Assembly: GCF_006345805.1 (NCBI RefSeq)
Contig: NC_043016.1
Coordinates: 18,538,001-18,602,000 of the forward strand
Length of the DNA stretch: 64,000 nucleotides
DNA from: Octopus sinensis
Taxonomy: Eukaryota
Reading direction: 5' to 3'
Shown: piece by piece, positions 51,835-64,000 of the stretch
Numbering within the stretch: the stretch's first letter is position 1
Layout of the letters: each line of letters starts with the position of its first letter
Notes under the pieces: model-generated
What the model was told of the DNA's origin: nothing
The model's input: the letters and a program-made list of their open reading frames with translations, nothing else
The model's database searches: none
Program-made: the position numbers and the translations under genes

Positions 51835-52596
51835 TGTATGGATGTATGTATGTATGTAGTATGATGTAGTTTATGTATATATGTATGTGTATGTGTGCTT
51901 GTTTGTATTGCCATCACTGCTTGACAGCCGGCGGTGGTGTGCTTACGCCCCGTAACTTAGCATTTCAGCAAAACAGGCTGATAAAATAAGTACTAGGCTT
52001 TAAAATAAAAGTCATGGGGGCTCGATTTTGTTCGAGTAACCCCCCCCCCCCAGGGCGGTGCCCCAGCATGGCCGCAGTCAAATGATTGAAAAAAAAAAAA
52101 AAAAAAGAATAAAAGAATAACATTACACTCTACCATAAAAAAATGGAGGAGCTGCCCTGTATCACCACTGGAATCTGATCAACGCTAAAATTTAACCAGT
52201 GAATAAATAGAAACGTGCTAATGCATTTTGTTTGCAGAGTGCGATAGCATTCAACGACGAAAAATTATATTTGTAAGTAATGGACATAGAGATAATGCTG
52301 AACAATGGTCACCTAGACAAAACAAGAGTAAGAGAGAGAGAGGCTACTCAGGATCAATAGACTATTCTTGAATGAGTTGACGCTTCAGAATCCCGGTTCA
52401 ATTGAAATCGAAAATAGGTGATATAGTAGTAACTCTGGACTTACGTTACGTATGTATATAAGTAAACACATACATCATACACTCATATATATTTATATAT
52501 ATATAGTTTTTATTAAAACAGCAAAATTATCTCAGAACTGTACTCATGGTTTTACTTTCCCATTCATGGGACAGTTGTCATAACAATAATATATAT

Positions 52597-52673
52597 GATT
52601 GATTGATTGATTGATTGATTCTAGCTCATGAGCTGTGGCCATGCTGGGGCACCGCCATTTGGTGTTGCTACAT
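52597..52673 (-). mobile_element. Very short 3' stub of the same LINE with an (ATCA)n tail
   Basis: Reverse complement atgtagcaacaccaaatggcggtgccccagcatgg is identical to 56127-56160. Confidence 0.75.
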
Positions 52674-52865
52674 ATATATATATAAGAATTTTGGCGTAAT
52701 AAGATGAAAAAACCAAGGCCGTATAGATATTGGAGCACTTATAGATAGAAAGTCTTGCAGCTGTTTCTAGGATATTAATTAATAATATCCCTTCATCGGA
52801 GACGGTGTGAGAGGAAAATTAAGTCATAGTTACATATATATATGACGTATATATACATATATATA

Positions 52866-53277
52866 CGACGGTTTTCTTCTTTCAGTTTCCGTCTACCAAA
52901 TCCACTCACGAGGCTTTGGTCGGCCCGAGGCTGTAGTAGTACCCAAGATGCCACACAGTAGGAGGGAACCCAGAACCACGTGGCTGGGAAGCAAGCTTCT
53001 TACTACACCGCCACGCCTGTGTATATATACATACGCACTTTTATATACACACGCACGCGCGCGCGCTCGCACACATACGTAAATAAATAAAATATATCGT
53101 GGCTGTGTGGTTAGAAGCTTGCTTCTCAACCACATGGGTCTAGGTTCAGTCCCACAGTGTGCCACGTTGAGCAAGTGTCTTCTACTATAGCCTTAGGCTG
53201 ATCAAAGCCTTGTGAATGAATAAGTTAGATGGAGACTGAAGGAAGCCCATAGACTATAAATATAAATAAATAAATAA

Positions 53278-53310
<33 letters not shown>

Positions 53311-53600
53311 CTATATATATATATATATATATATATTAATGAGATGTGTCTTTTCTTTGTGTCTGTGTTTAACCCTCTACCATCGCTTGACAATCGATGT
53401 TGGTATTTTTGGTGTCCCCGTAAATTAGCGGCTCAGCAAAAGAGACCGATATAATAAATACTAGGCTTAGAAAGTAAGTCCTGGGGTCGATTTGTTCGGT
53501 TAAAAGGCTTCAAGGCGGTGCTGCAGCATAATTCGACTAAAACCCTCCCAGGTGGTACCCCTGCACGGCCGCCGTCCAATGACTGAAACAAGCAAAAGGT
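52866..53600. mobile_element. Cluster of SINE A pieces (minus-strand head 52866-53035; plus-strand copy about 53095-53600)
   Basis: Family A motifs in both orientations. Confidence 0.75.
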
Positions 53601-53741
53601 AACAGATAAAAAAATCTACACACACATACACATACACATATACACGCATATAAACAAGCTCACACACACACAGACGCACACACAAGTACACACAAACGCA
53701 CACACACGTACACACACATAGCCTAGAATTTTAGCGGAGTG

Positions 53742-53918
53742 CGCTAGACGGTTACATCGACCACCAGTGCTGAGCTGGTACTTTTTTTCTTTATCGATCT
53801 TGAAAGAATGAAAGGCAAAGTCGAGCTCAGCAGGATTTGAACACGGAACGTAAAGAGAGATAAAACGCCGCGAACCGCTTTGTCCAGCGTACTAACAATT
53901 CTGCCAGTTCGCTGCCTT
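53742..53918 (-). mobile_element. SINE B, degraded
   Basis: gaaagaatgaaaggcaaagtcga...atttgaac. Confidence 0.7.
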
Positions 53919-53919
53919 A

Positions 53920-53929
53920 CACACACACA

Positions 53930-53967
<38 letters not shown>

Positions 53968-54155
53968 ACAGACACACAGACACACACACACACACACACA
54001 CTCACACACACACACTCACACACTCACACACAAACACACACACACAAATACACACACACACGTACACACACACACAAATACACACACACACAAATACACA
54101 CACACACAAATACTCACACACACACGTACACACACACACACACACACACACACCT
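53920..54155. repeat. (CA)n-derived array
   Basis: Direct reading. Confidence 0.95.
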
Positions 54156-55219
54156 ATAATGTAAACAACATCATTCTATGTGCCCCGCATCTGAATTTCA
54201 CCTCAAGCACCAAACATGTAATCAGCACAGACTTGACTTTATTTATTACAAAATAATACTATTTTCGTTTCCTTATATTGCTTTTTTCTCTTTGTTTGGA
54301 TGTGTCCCATTGCAACTCAATTTATTTCTGAAGGTCACAAGGTCACTTATTCACAGGGCTAATTATATTTCTATAGAATTGTGTTGGAAACCAGTTCCAA
54401 CATGTAATATTATTTAATAACAAAATAACAAAAAAATGAGCAAGAGAGAAAAAAAAACGTAAAGGAAACTAGTTATTTATTTAGTGTGTATTTATTTAAT
54501 TACTAGGTTAACTGACCGGCTAGTTAATTACATTAATGGTTGCTTAGTTTACTGACTAAATAAGTTAATGTAAAAGAAATAAAAGGTTTATTAGTTATTA
54601 AGTTGATTGATAGGTGATTATTGATATTGAGCAATGTTATTAAAGGATTTTCGTCAGTGGCGATTATGTAAATCGAGACGGTAGATAACAATATGGCTAA
54701 CCACTCGCTCTCTCATTTTGTCATTTAAAACAAAACTGGTTAAAAAGAAACAAGAAAAGAAACAAAATTAAACCTGCACAGTAGTGGTCCACAACCTTTT
54801 GTAGTTCCCCACCATGCACTTCACTTAATGGCATTTTACAAATACCCCTTCTCATAAAAATTTGCATAAAAAAAAAAACAGACCAGATTTTTTAAGCTTA
54901 ACAGAAGCTAATTTTACGTAGTGGCTTTATCAACAGTCATGTTTGTCCTAATTGAGAACAACAATGTCTTGCTCGTAATCTGCTCTCGACATTTTAGAAA
55001 ATGTGTTTAAAATATGTCGTATCCGTTATAGATACTCTATTTCCGAGAAAAACCACAATCTTTCTAAACACCCTCCACTTGTCCTTATCTTCTCTTTTGG
55101 CTTATCTTCATTTCTACTACATATCATTAGTAGCCGATTTTCTCAGTGAATACTTGAAACTGACGAAGCCCAACCAGGTAGAAATACGTAATTAGCAATG
55201 ACAATCAAAGTTTCTGTCA

Positions 55220-55259
<40 letters not shown>

Positions 55260-55805
55260 TCATCATACTTAAATAAATATATCGTTGAAAGTCTGCTAAA
55301 CTGCGGTATTCCTCCTTTGGATAATATGTCTTATAAAAACACAGAAATTTCTTCAGTGACAGAAGCTTAGATGCATATATATATTATATATATATATATA
55401 ATTATATATATATATATGTTGTGTGTGTTGTGGTGTTACAAACGATATGTGTTTGTGTTGGGGATGTTAACACCTGATATTGTCAAGCAGTAGAAAAGTA
55501 CTAGGCTTGCAAAGAATAAGTCCTAGGGAGTCGATTTCTTCGACTAAAGGCGGTGTTTCCAGCATGGCCGCAGTCAAAGACTGAAACAAGTAACAAGTAT
55601 ATGCGTCTAGTCAGGTGATGTTGTCAGGGGGATTTCGTTAAATAAAACTCTGTTTCGCTCGGTTTTAATACAGCATGTTGTTAGTGGCCTTAGATTTAAG
55701 CCGTTGGGCGGGAAATGGCAAGGGACAGAATCCATTACGACCTTATAGACAAAGAGAGGGAGTAATTAAGAGAAATAAGAACAATAAGGAAAGTAAAATA
55801 TACAA

Positions 55806-56205
55806 TATTGTCCCAAACTTTGGCATCGAGAGTTACACAAATGCCAGAACTTGGCACCACGCAGTGACGCCAAGGACTCCAAATTTGCCATCAAGATGTA
55901 GGACAAGATACTGTGATAGGCCCACAGCTCTTCAATATCCTCCCGAAGAACCTGAGGGACCTGCATGGGGTGGATGCGGATGTCTTTAAAGTAGGACTGG
56001 ATCTCTTTCTGTCAGGTGTCCCGGATGAACCAACTTCAAGGCAGGAGGTGCAGATGAAGGCAGCTGCATCGAACTCTCTCATGCACCAAATGGCAATTGC
56101 TAAAAGGCATTCGTGAAGTAAAATCATGTAGCAACACCAAATGGCGGTGCCCCAGCATGGACACAATTCGTGAGCTGAAACTAGATAAAATAAATAAAAT
56201 AAATA
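55806..56205 (+). mobile_element. 5'-truncated LINE 3' end (CR1/L2-type C-terminus) with 3' UTR and (AAATA)n tail
   Basis: IVPNFGIESYTNART...RYCD / GPQLFNILPKNLRDL...FKVGLDLFLSGVPDEP; ends ggcggtgccccagcatgg...ctgaaactag(ataaa)n. Confidence 0.8.
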
Positions 56206-56441
56206 AAATATAGAGTAAATCATTATTTGCGTCACAACCCACATATAGTTACTTGCGGTCCTGTGTTTACACACGCGCTCTCATATGCACAGTTGAGGTG
56301 ATTAAACTCTTTGACAAATGTCCTGCAATTCTTGGATCATGCTTTGATCGAGTCACTGGAGCTTCCATCTGAACTGGTTCAAGTGGTTTTTTCGGTCGTA
56401 ATCTTTTAGTGAAAATGGTACACACATCAACATACGCTCAT

Positions 56442-56474
<33 letters not shown>

Positions 56475-56744
56475 CCTATACGCAGTGGCTTTAAAGATAA
56501 GATCACCTATATATATAATATATATTATATATATATATATATATAAAGACCGTTATTTGAAAGGACCATGAAACAAAACCATTTCAAATGTGTATCCATT
56601 AAACTAATTATATATTTTTGCTTATAACCTTATTTTTGTTCCATTCTAAACAAAACTGTCCGATGAATGGGAACGTGAAACTCTGAGTAACAGTGTTTTG
56701 ATATTTTTGCTACTTTTTAATAAAGCATATATATATATATATCT

Positions 56745-57330
56745 TTTACTCTCTTTTTTTCTTGTTTCAGTCAGATGACTGCGGCCATGCTGGAGCACCA
56801 CCTTTAGTTGAGCAACTCGACCCCGGGACTTTTCTTTGTAAGCCCAGTACTTATTCTATCGGTCTCTTTTTGCCGAATCGCTAAGTGACGGGGACGTAAA
56901 CGCACCAGCATCAGTTGTCAAGCAATGCCAGGGGGACAAACACACACACACACAAACACACACACATACACGCAAATACATATACATATATACATATATA
57001 CGACAGGCTTCTCTCAGTTTCCGTCTACCAAATTCACTCACAAGGCATTGGTCGGCCCGGGGCTATAGCAGTGGGACTGAACCCGGAACCATGTGGTTGG
57101 TTAACAATCTACTTACCACACAGCCACTCCTTATATATTCTCTTATTCTTTTACTTGTTTCAACCATTTGTCGGCGACCATGCTAGGGAATAAATCGACC
57201 CCAGGACTTATTCTTTGTAAACCTAGTACTTATTCTATCAGTCACTTTTGCCAAACCGCTAAGTTTCAGGGACGTTAACACATCAACATCGGTTGTCAAG
57301 CGATCGTGGGGGGACAAACACAGTCATACA
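56745..57330 (-). mobile_element. SINE A full copy (56745-57132) plus a tandem 3' half
   Basis: Reverse-complement matches to family A. Confidence 0.85.
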
Positions 57331-57339
57331 AATGCATAC

Positions 57340-57380
<41 letters not shown>

Positions 57381-57384
<4 letters not shown>

Positions 57385-57500
57385 CGTGATCACTGTGACC
57401 GACCAGGCTATCAGATGTTGCAACACATCGCTGGTCACAATGCGCTTCGCATTGTTTTAGTCTTCAAATGACGCCACCCCGCTGGCTAAGCGAGCAGGCC
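57381..57500 (-). mobile_element. Isolated tail Z (5'-truncated copy)
   Basis: Reverse complement of 59266-59390. Confidence 0.85.
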
Positions 57501-57749
57501 AATATATATATATAGTCGGTATAATCGACTTAATCCATTTGTCTGTCCTTGATTGTCCCTTCTATGTTTAGCCTCATGTAGGCAATAAATAAATATATGT
57601 GTGTGTGTGTGTGTGTGTGTGTACTCGTTCGAAAATACTTGCAGAAGAAACACAATATTTCTATCAAAGTATACTTAGAACCTAGGAGAGAACAATGTAA
57701 ATATAAAGCATGAACAATATAAATATAATAACAGAATACCACTTCTTAC

Positions 57750-57848
57750 ATAAAATGTTTCTGACTTTGCTCCTTGTGCACTGGAGGAAAGTATAAGAAA
57801 TTCCGCAACGAATATGTTTTTCCAAGGAAAGAGTAATCTGGTGTTACA
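57750..57848 (-). other. Candidate isolated 99-nt exon of an unidentified minus-strand gene
   Basis: tttcttctgctgtctgcag acceptor and gtaaga donor on the minus strand; two frames open; no recognisable homology. Confidence 0.25.
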
Positions 57849-58981
57849 CTGCAGACAGCAGAAGAAATTCATTTTTAAAACCTATGCGAAATGCATGCAG
57901 GAAAAACACCCGCTGGTGCTACAACAGCAGGAATGGTAGTGACGACATAAAGGCCAATTCTAAAGGAACAAGAAATCTAACTTATGCAAGACCAATAATA
58001 GTTGAGCGGTTTCAAATTCAAGTGCACCCATCGAAGTACATCAAAAAAAATTTTTGGCGATTTTAGATATCAATTAACAATATATAGAGTGGAGAGAACA
58101 ACTTTAGTAAAGAAAGATATGAATGTTGTGCCAATAAGCAGATACAAGACGGCCCATGAATAAGCGTTGAACAAATAATTAATTTAGCAAAGTTCAATGC
58201 AGCTTGGTTGTAGCTGACCCTGATTTGGCGCTGTGGTTGCATGAATGATAGGTGGGGGGGGGGAGAAAATTGCGTTGCGTTACGTTGCGGCCCGAAAAAT
58301 TTCAGCGCCAAAACCCGGACATTCCTTGGTGATGTCAATGATAATCGGCTTTTCTATAGACACTGATATATATATGTGTGTGTATATGTGTGTATGTGTG
58401 TTTGTGCTGTATGTTGTGAGTGAGAGAGAGAGAGAGAAAGAGAGGGTGTGTGTGTCTGTGTGTTTACTTCTAACGTTTGTTTGGCTTCGCTTTATTTTGC
58501 TTTCATACGACCAAAGAAGGGGAAAAACAGGACTAACTTGAAAAACTTCCTTAAAAAAAATGTGGTTCGAGTTACAAGTCAATTGTCAAAATGCAATTTT
58601 ACATCTCACATGTTTTTTTTTTTTAATAAAAAAAAAAAAAAAAGTCTACTCACGATCTAAGCAGTAATTACACGCACACATGCACATACACACGGACACA
58701 CGCACAATCAGAAGCACAAACACACACAAAAACAACTGATAAAAAAAAACTTACACGTAATAGCATTAAAATATATGAACGAAGAACAGATACCAGCTTA
58801 CAAAAGATTAAAAAGAAAACACGTTAATAAAATATATTGTGGTTAAAAACTAAAAGTAAGACTCGGAGAATATGCACGAAATAAAAAAAACAAATATTTA
58901 TATTTACATTCGGTAATATCATATTTCAATGAATTTTTATATCTCTTGAAGATATTTTTTTGTGTTACCAGGTGGGTGTGC

Positions 58982-59028
<47 letters not shown>

Positions 59029-59095
59029 GTGTGTATGTGTGTATGTGTGTATGTGCATATATACGGTTGTGTATGAATATATATATATATATATA

Positions 59096-59390
59096 TGGCC
59101 TAGTGGTTAGGGTAGCGGTCGTAGGATCGCGGTTTCGATTCCCAGACCGGGCGTTGTGAGTGTTTATTGAGCGAAAACACCTACAGCTCCACGAGGCTAC
59201 GGCAGGGGGTGGTGGCGACCCCTGCTGTACTCTTTCGCCACAGCTTTCTCTCACTCTTTCTTCTGCTGGCCTGCTCGCTTAGCCAGCGGGGTGGCGTCAT
59301 TTGAAGGCTAAAAAACAATGCGAAGCGCATTGTGACCAGCGATGTGTAACAACATCTGATAGCCTGGTCGGTCACGGTGATCACGGTGAT
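59096..59390 (+). mobile_element. SINE head1 + tail Z
   Basis: Head and body as at 37068; distinct tail ggcctgctcgcttagccagcgggg...ggtcacggtgatcacggtga. Confidence 0.85.
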
Positions 59391-59430
59391 ATTAATATTA
59401 GATATGCATATATGTACATATATATACATG

Positions 59431-59477
<47 letters not shown>

Positions 59478-60006
59478 TATCTAGATATACATATACACAC
59501 ACACAATATATATAAAATATAATTTATATATAAATATATGCATATATACATACATATATGGACATAACTACATTTATATGTATATATACATGCATGTATA
59601 TGCATATAGATGTAGGTATATGCATATAGATGTACATATATGTATATATGCATATATTTATATATTATTAATATTATTATATGATCGCCAAGCATCCTTT
59701 TCCAAGTACTTGTATATATATATATGCATATGTGTACACACACACACATACTTATATTGGAAAATGTGTGGAATCCTTGTAAAAGAGAAAAGAGAGAAAG
59801 CATGAGTTCACTGGTAGTTCTAATCAATTTAACTTTCTAATAATATAATTTTACCGTTTGGTTTTTAGATCTAGTTGTTTTGAATGTTTCAGAAATAAAA
59901 TATTAATTTCTTATTAATAATTTCTATCCATTCATTGTTAAAGCATATAAAGTCAATTGTTAATTTCAGTGATGACTAAAATATATATTTTTGCAGAGAA
60001 ATCTTA

Positions 60007-60425
60007 GGATCTTTTCGGTTTGAACGGCAGTTTTTTCTAGCGGTGTCATATAAAATTGTCACAGATAATTATGATCCTAGTATCGATCTATTGCATTTCA
60101 ATCTGTTTTAGGATTAGGGTTAGGGGTGGGGGAAGGGTATCTTTTTGCTTCACAAATGTAAATAAACCCAAGCTCGTTCTTAAACGCGGGACATGTTCAT
60201 ACGGCACAGAATGTTTGTTACTTCGATAGACGTCATTGATTGGTTGAAATTGCAGAAATGAAGAAGAAAAAAACAAAACAACTATCTTGCCAAAACTATA
60301 GAATTTTCTCAATAAGCCAAGAGAAAGAGATGCTTTATAAACACATTCTACCAGTATACGAAGTTTAAAATTTTTTAGTTACCTAGAAATTATGTTAAAA
60401 ACTGCCGTTCAAACCGAAAAGACCC
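60007..60425. mobile_element. MITE with 27-bp TIRs (possibly PIF/Harbinger)
   Basis: ggatcttttcggtttgaacggcagtttt / aaaactgccgttcaaaccgaaaagaccc. Confidence 0.75.
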
Positions 60426-61384
60426 AAATCTTATGTTATGACTTACAAAAATATATATCAAAATTTCTCCTGAAATTTCAAAATCAATCTAAAAAAACAT
60501 TTTTTCGTTTGGATAAATCCTAGCTTCAGAATTAATCCTGGTTGGAGCCACTTGAATGTTTGAATCTTCATAAAACTGGAGATGAAAGCTATATGATAGC
60601 AGATTAAGTGTATGACACATTTCAGATAAGGTTAAAATGCAAGGATTTAAAAATACTAAGGAGAAAGATTATAAACATGTGCCTATGAATATATATATAT
60701 GTGAGAAAATGTGAATATATGCTACTAAAGATGTGCTTTAAAGATAAAGGTAAAATGTTAAAGGATAAAAATTCACATTATCTGCAGTGAAGATTATCCC
60801 TTGTGGAAAAGTCGAGAAAATTAAACATACAGTCTATGGCTAAATGTAAATGCGATGAAGTGGTACAATATACATCAAGTGAGAGATGCAAACCTTGTTA
60901 GAGAAAAGGAGTACATTAACAGAAGAAAACCAACTTTGTTTTATATTGCTGTCTACTGAGAGAGGGGGAGAGGAGAGAGAGAAAGAGAGGGCGACAGCAA
61001 GAGAGGGCAAGAGCTAATAAAGTGTTCTGCCTACATTTTAAGGTGAACAGAAACTAGTTTCATAATGTGCAGCATAAAACTTTTGACACCTTATCACAAT
61101 CAGAAAGATTGTAGATGGTAAGAATAGAGAAATAATAATGCATTGTTCTATGACAGAACACACCAAATTAGATGTGAGAAAAGTCCAGAAGTAATTGAAG
61201 AAGAAGCAATGTATACAAATTCTTAATAAGGAATCAATATTTTAGTTCCGAAACATTCAAAACAACTAGATTTAAAAACCAAACTGTTAAAATTATATTA
61301 TCAGAAAATTAAATTGATTAGAACTAACAGTAAACTCATTCTTTTCCTTTTTCAAATATATATTCTATTATTCTTTTTTTTTCT

Positions 61385-61676
61385 TTTACTTGTTTCAGTC
61401 ATTTGAATGCGGCCATGCTGGAGCATCGCCTTTAGTCGAACAGATCGACCGCAGGACTTAGTTTTGTAAGCCTAGTACTTATTTTATCGGGCTCTTTTGC
61501 CGAACTGCTAATTTACGGGGCGCCAAACACACCAGCATCGGTTCTCAAGCGATTTGGGGGGGGGGGACAAACACAGATCATAAACGTATTCAAACACAGA
61601 CACAAACACAGACACACACATACATACATACATACATACCTACATACATACATACATACATACATACATACATACA

Positions 61677-61709
<33 letters not shown>

Positions 61710-62160
61710 TCATACATATATATATATATACATACATGCATACATATATATAAAATATCTATCTCTTATCTATCTATATATATATATATATATATATATA
61801 TTACACGATGGTTTCTTTCAGTTTCCGTCTACCAAATCTACTCACAAGACTTTGGTCGGTCCGAGACTATAGTAGAAGGCAGTTGCCCATGGTGCCGCGC
61901 AGTGGGACTGAACACGGAACCATGTGATTAGGAAGCAAGCTACTTACCACGCAGCCATAATCTTTTCTCTTTAATCTGTTTCAGTCATTAGACTGCGGCT
62001 ATGCTGGGGCATCGGTTTGGAGAATTTTCTAGCCGAATGAATCGATTCCGGTACTTTTTTCTTTTTTTTTAAACCTGGTATTTATTCTATTGCTCCTTAG
62101 GGAATGGAAACATACCAGGACCAGTTGTCAGCGATGGTAGGGGACACTTCAAAAAATGAC
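61385..62160 (-). mobile_element. SINE A with about 240-bp internal (CATA)/(TA) array, plus an adjacent 3' half
   Basis: Reverse-complement matches to family A. Confidence 0.85.
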
Positions 62161-62219
62161 ACACACATACATATACACAGAAAAACGCATATAATAATAT
62201 ATATAATATATATATATAG

Positions 62220-62271
<52 letters not shown>

Positions 62272-62433
62272 TATATATTGTATATATATATACATCATAC
62301 ATACATATATATATATATGTGTATGTGTGTGTGTATATATACACACATACATACATATATGTATGTATATAAGCGCAAGACAGGGCAGGTATCTAAGATA
62401 TGTTTCATATCAGATGGGATATTATATGAATTT

Positions 62434-62760
62434 ATGGATAACAAGAGCACTCAGAGAGCGCAACCTCCACCAAGGCAACACCAACGACCACGCAACGATT
62501 AGCCGGAGATGATCTTTAAAATGAGAATGTCTGAGATAAACTCGACTACTCTCACAAACGAGGATACTGAAAATGAACCCAACCGCTGTCAAGAATTAAA
62601 TAAAAAATACCGAAAAAATAATCCAGAATCCTTGTCCGGTACCCAAAAGTTAATCAGTTTGTGTCAGTCCCGAGGCCAAACATCCCTGAAAGTTTCATTC
62701 GAAACCATCCAGCGGTTCTTGAGATATCTTGTCTACGGAAAGACAAACAAACAAACATGA
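62434..62760 (-). mobile_element. Helentron-associated (HINE)-like non-autonomous element, partial
   Basis: Minus strand ends ccttggtggagg-ttgcgctctctgagtgctcttgtt (sub-TIR plus short hairpin) and carries (GTTT)n; family call is recalled. Confidence 0.4.
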
Positions 62761-63565
62761 CTGAAAATAATACCACTGATTTAACTTAGCGTCTCTTTGT
62801 TTAAAATAATGATGGGAAGCAGGTTTGGAAGTTACGGGAATGGGATGTCTGTGGGATACTATTTGGTGACTATTTGGTGTTACAAAAGATTGAGAACGAA
62901 ATATCTGATGCAGTGCCTCTTAATCTTTTCTTACCTATGGACCCTTTGATTACTATTTTATTCTGGTGGACCCTCATAGCTATTTGATTTTCAAAAATTA
63001 GCTTTATAGATGCTTCTTTCAAAATTCCTATTTTAGTTTTTCACTCATCAACTTGTGTAGGTTGGACTATGTCAAATGTTAGGGAAAGAAACCCAGCTGT
63101 TTCTTACAATACACACCAATACATACATCAAAAGCAAAGGTTCTCAACCATTTATTATCTGTGGACCCCTTTCATTAATTTTTTATTCTTGTTGACCCTT
63201 ATCACCACTAACAGTTTAAAAACTAATTTTATAGATACTTCTTTTAAAATACCCATTTTATCTTTCACACATCAACTTGTGTAGTTTGAACTATGTAAAA
63301 TGTTAGAGAAAGAAACTGAGCTCTATCTTGCAATAAATAATAAATACATCTCAAGCCAACGTTGTTCATGAACCATTAAAAACTTTGTGTGGACCCCCAC
63401 ACACTCCGCCCCAAATTTTCCACGGACTGCCTGGAGGTTATATGGACCACAACTGAGAACCATTGGTCTAATGCAATGAAAACAACCCAGTTCATCTACC
63501 AGAGTCTGTGTTCAGATACGATAAACGGAGTGTCTAATGTTAAGAGTACAAACCTTGTCATTTGT

Positions 63566-63597
<32 letters not shown>

Positions 63598-64000
63598 ACT
63601 TTTCTTTAAGCGTCATCTAATATAACTCTTACCTCTTAAACCTCGGTCAACGTTGTGTTAAGAGAGCCTTTGATCAAAGACGTTTCAGCGGCGAACATCC
63701 TTGTCGTTTTAGTTGTTTCTGGGTTTAACAACATTTAATGCAGCCATTCCATATATATATATATAAAATGGCAAAGCATGATTTATCGAAGATATGGCTG
63801 CCATATGTATAGGGTCAAATGCACCATATCCTTCGTTTGCTTCTGAAAAAATGTAAAATATATTTTGAGCAATACTTTTCCGTAAACTATTATTCCATGC
63901 TGACTCATTTTTACTTGTCTGTTAATCTATAAAAGTTTCACCTATTTTTCTGAATTACAAAATAATACTAGTTACCTTCAATTAAACACATTTAGATCAC

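Noticed and set aside
54999-55180. Possible plus-strand exon with two open frames
   Set aside because: Weak donor, no homology, and no phase link established.
60113-60130. ttagggttagggg as interstitial telomere
   Set aside because: Only about two units, internal to a MITE.
6-63598. Dozens of short ORFs rich in YI, VC, HT and LSIY
   Set aside because: They are translations of (TA)n, (TG)n, (CATA)n and (TCTA)n microsatellites, which lack stops in several frames.

Overview
AT-rich, microsatellite- and SINE-saturated eukaryotic genomic DNA. The repeat inventory looks like an octopod cephalopod (inference). No CRISPR, rRNA or intact tRNA gene is supported. (1) 1258-21359 (+) holds the 3' eight coding exons of an inverted-formin (FHDC1/INF-type) gene. 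Seven GT-AG exons with compatible phases encode the C-terminal FH2 domain. A 4.17-kb terminal exon begins with an INF2-like DAD/WH2 motif and continues as a Ser/Lys-rich tail. (2) 38810 to about 45274 (+) holds a small spliced gene that the ORF track shows only in pieces. It encodes a macrodomain with a degenerate ADP-ribose pocket, and a 1-nt frameshift in an A5 run interrupts a probable PKKRRR NLS and a second domain. (3) The rest is mobile DNA: several tRNA-headed SINE families with interchangeable heads and tails, a LINE 3' end sharing its tail with the commonest SINE, two decayed mariners, MITEs, long fold-back palindromes and minimal hammerhead-ribozyme motifs of the Penelope type. One hammerhead remnant sits inside a tRNA-headed element flanked by a 9-bp direct repeat. 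A 100-N assembly gap lies at 49519-49618. Most listed short ORFs are microsatellite translation artefacts. All coordinates and alignments were read by eye; no searches were run.
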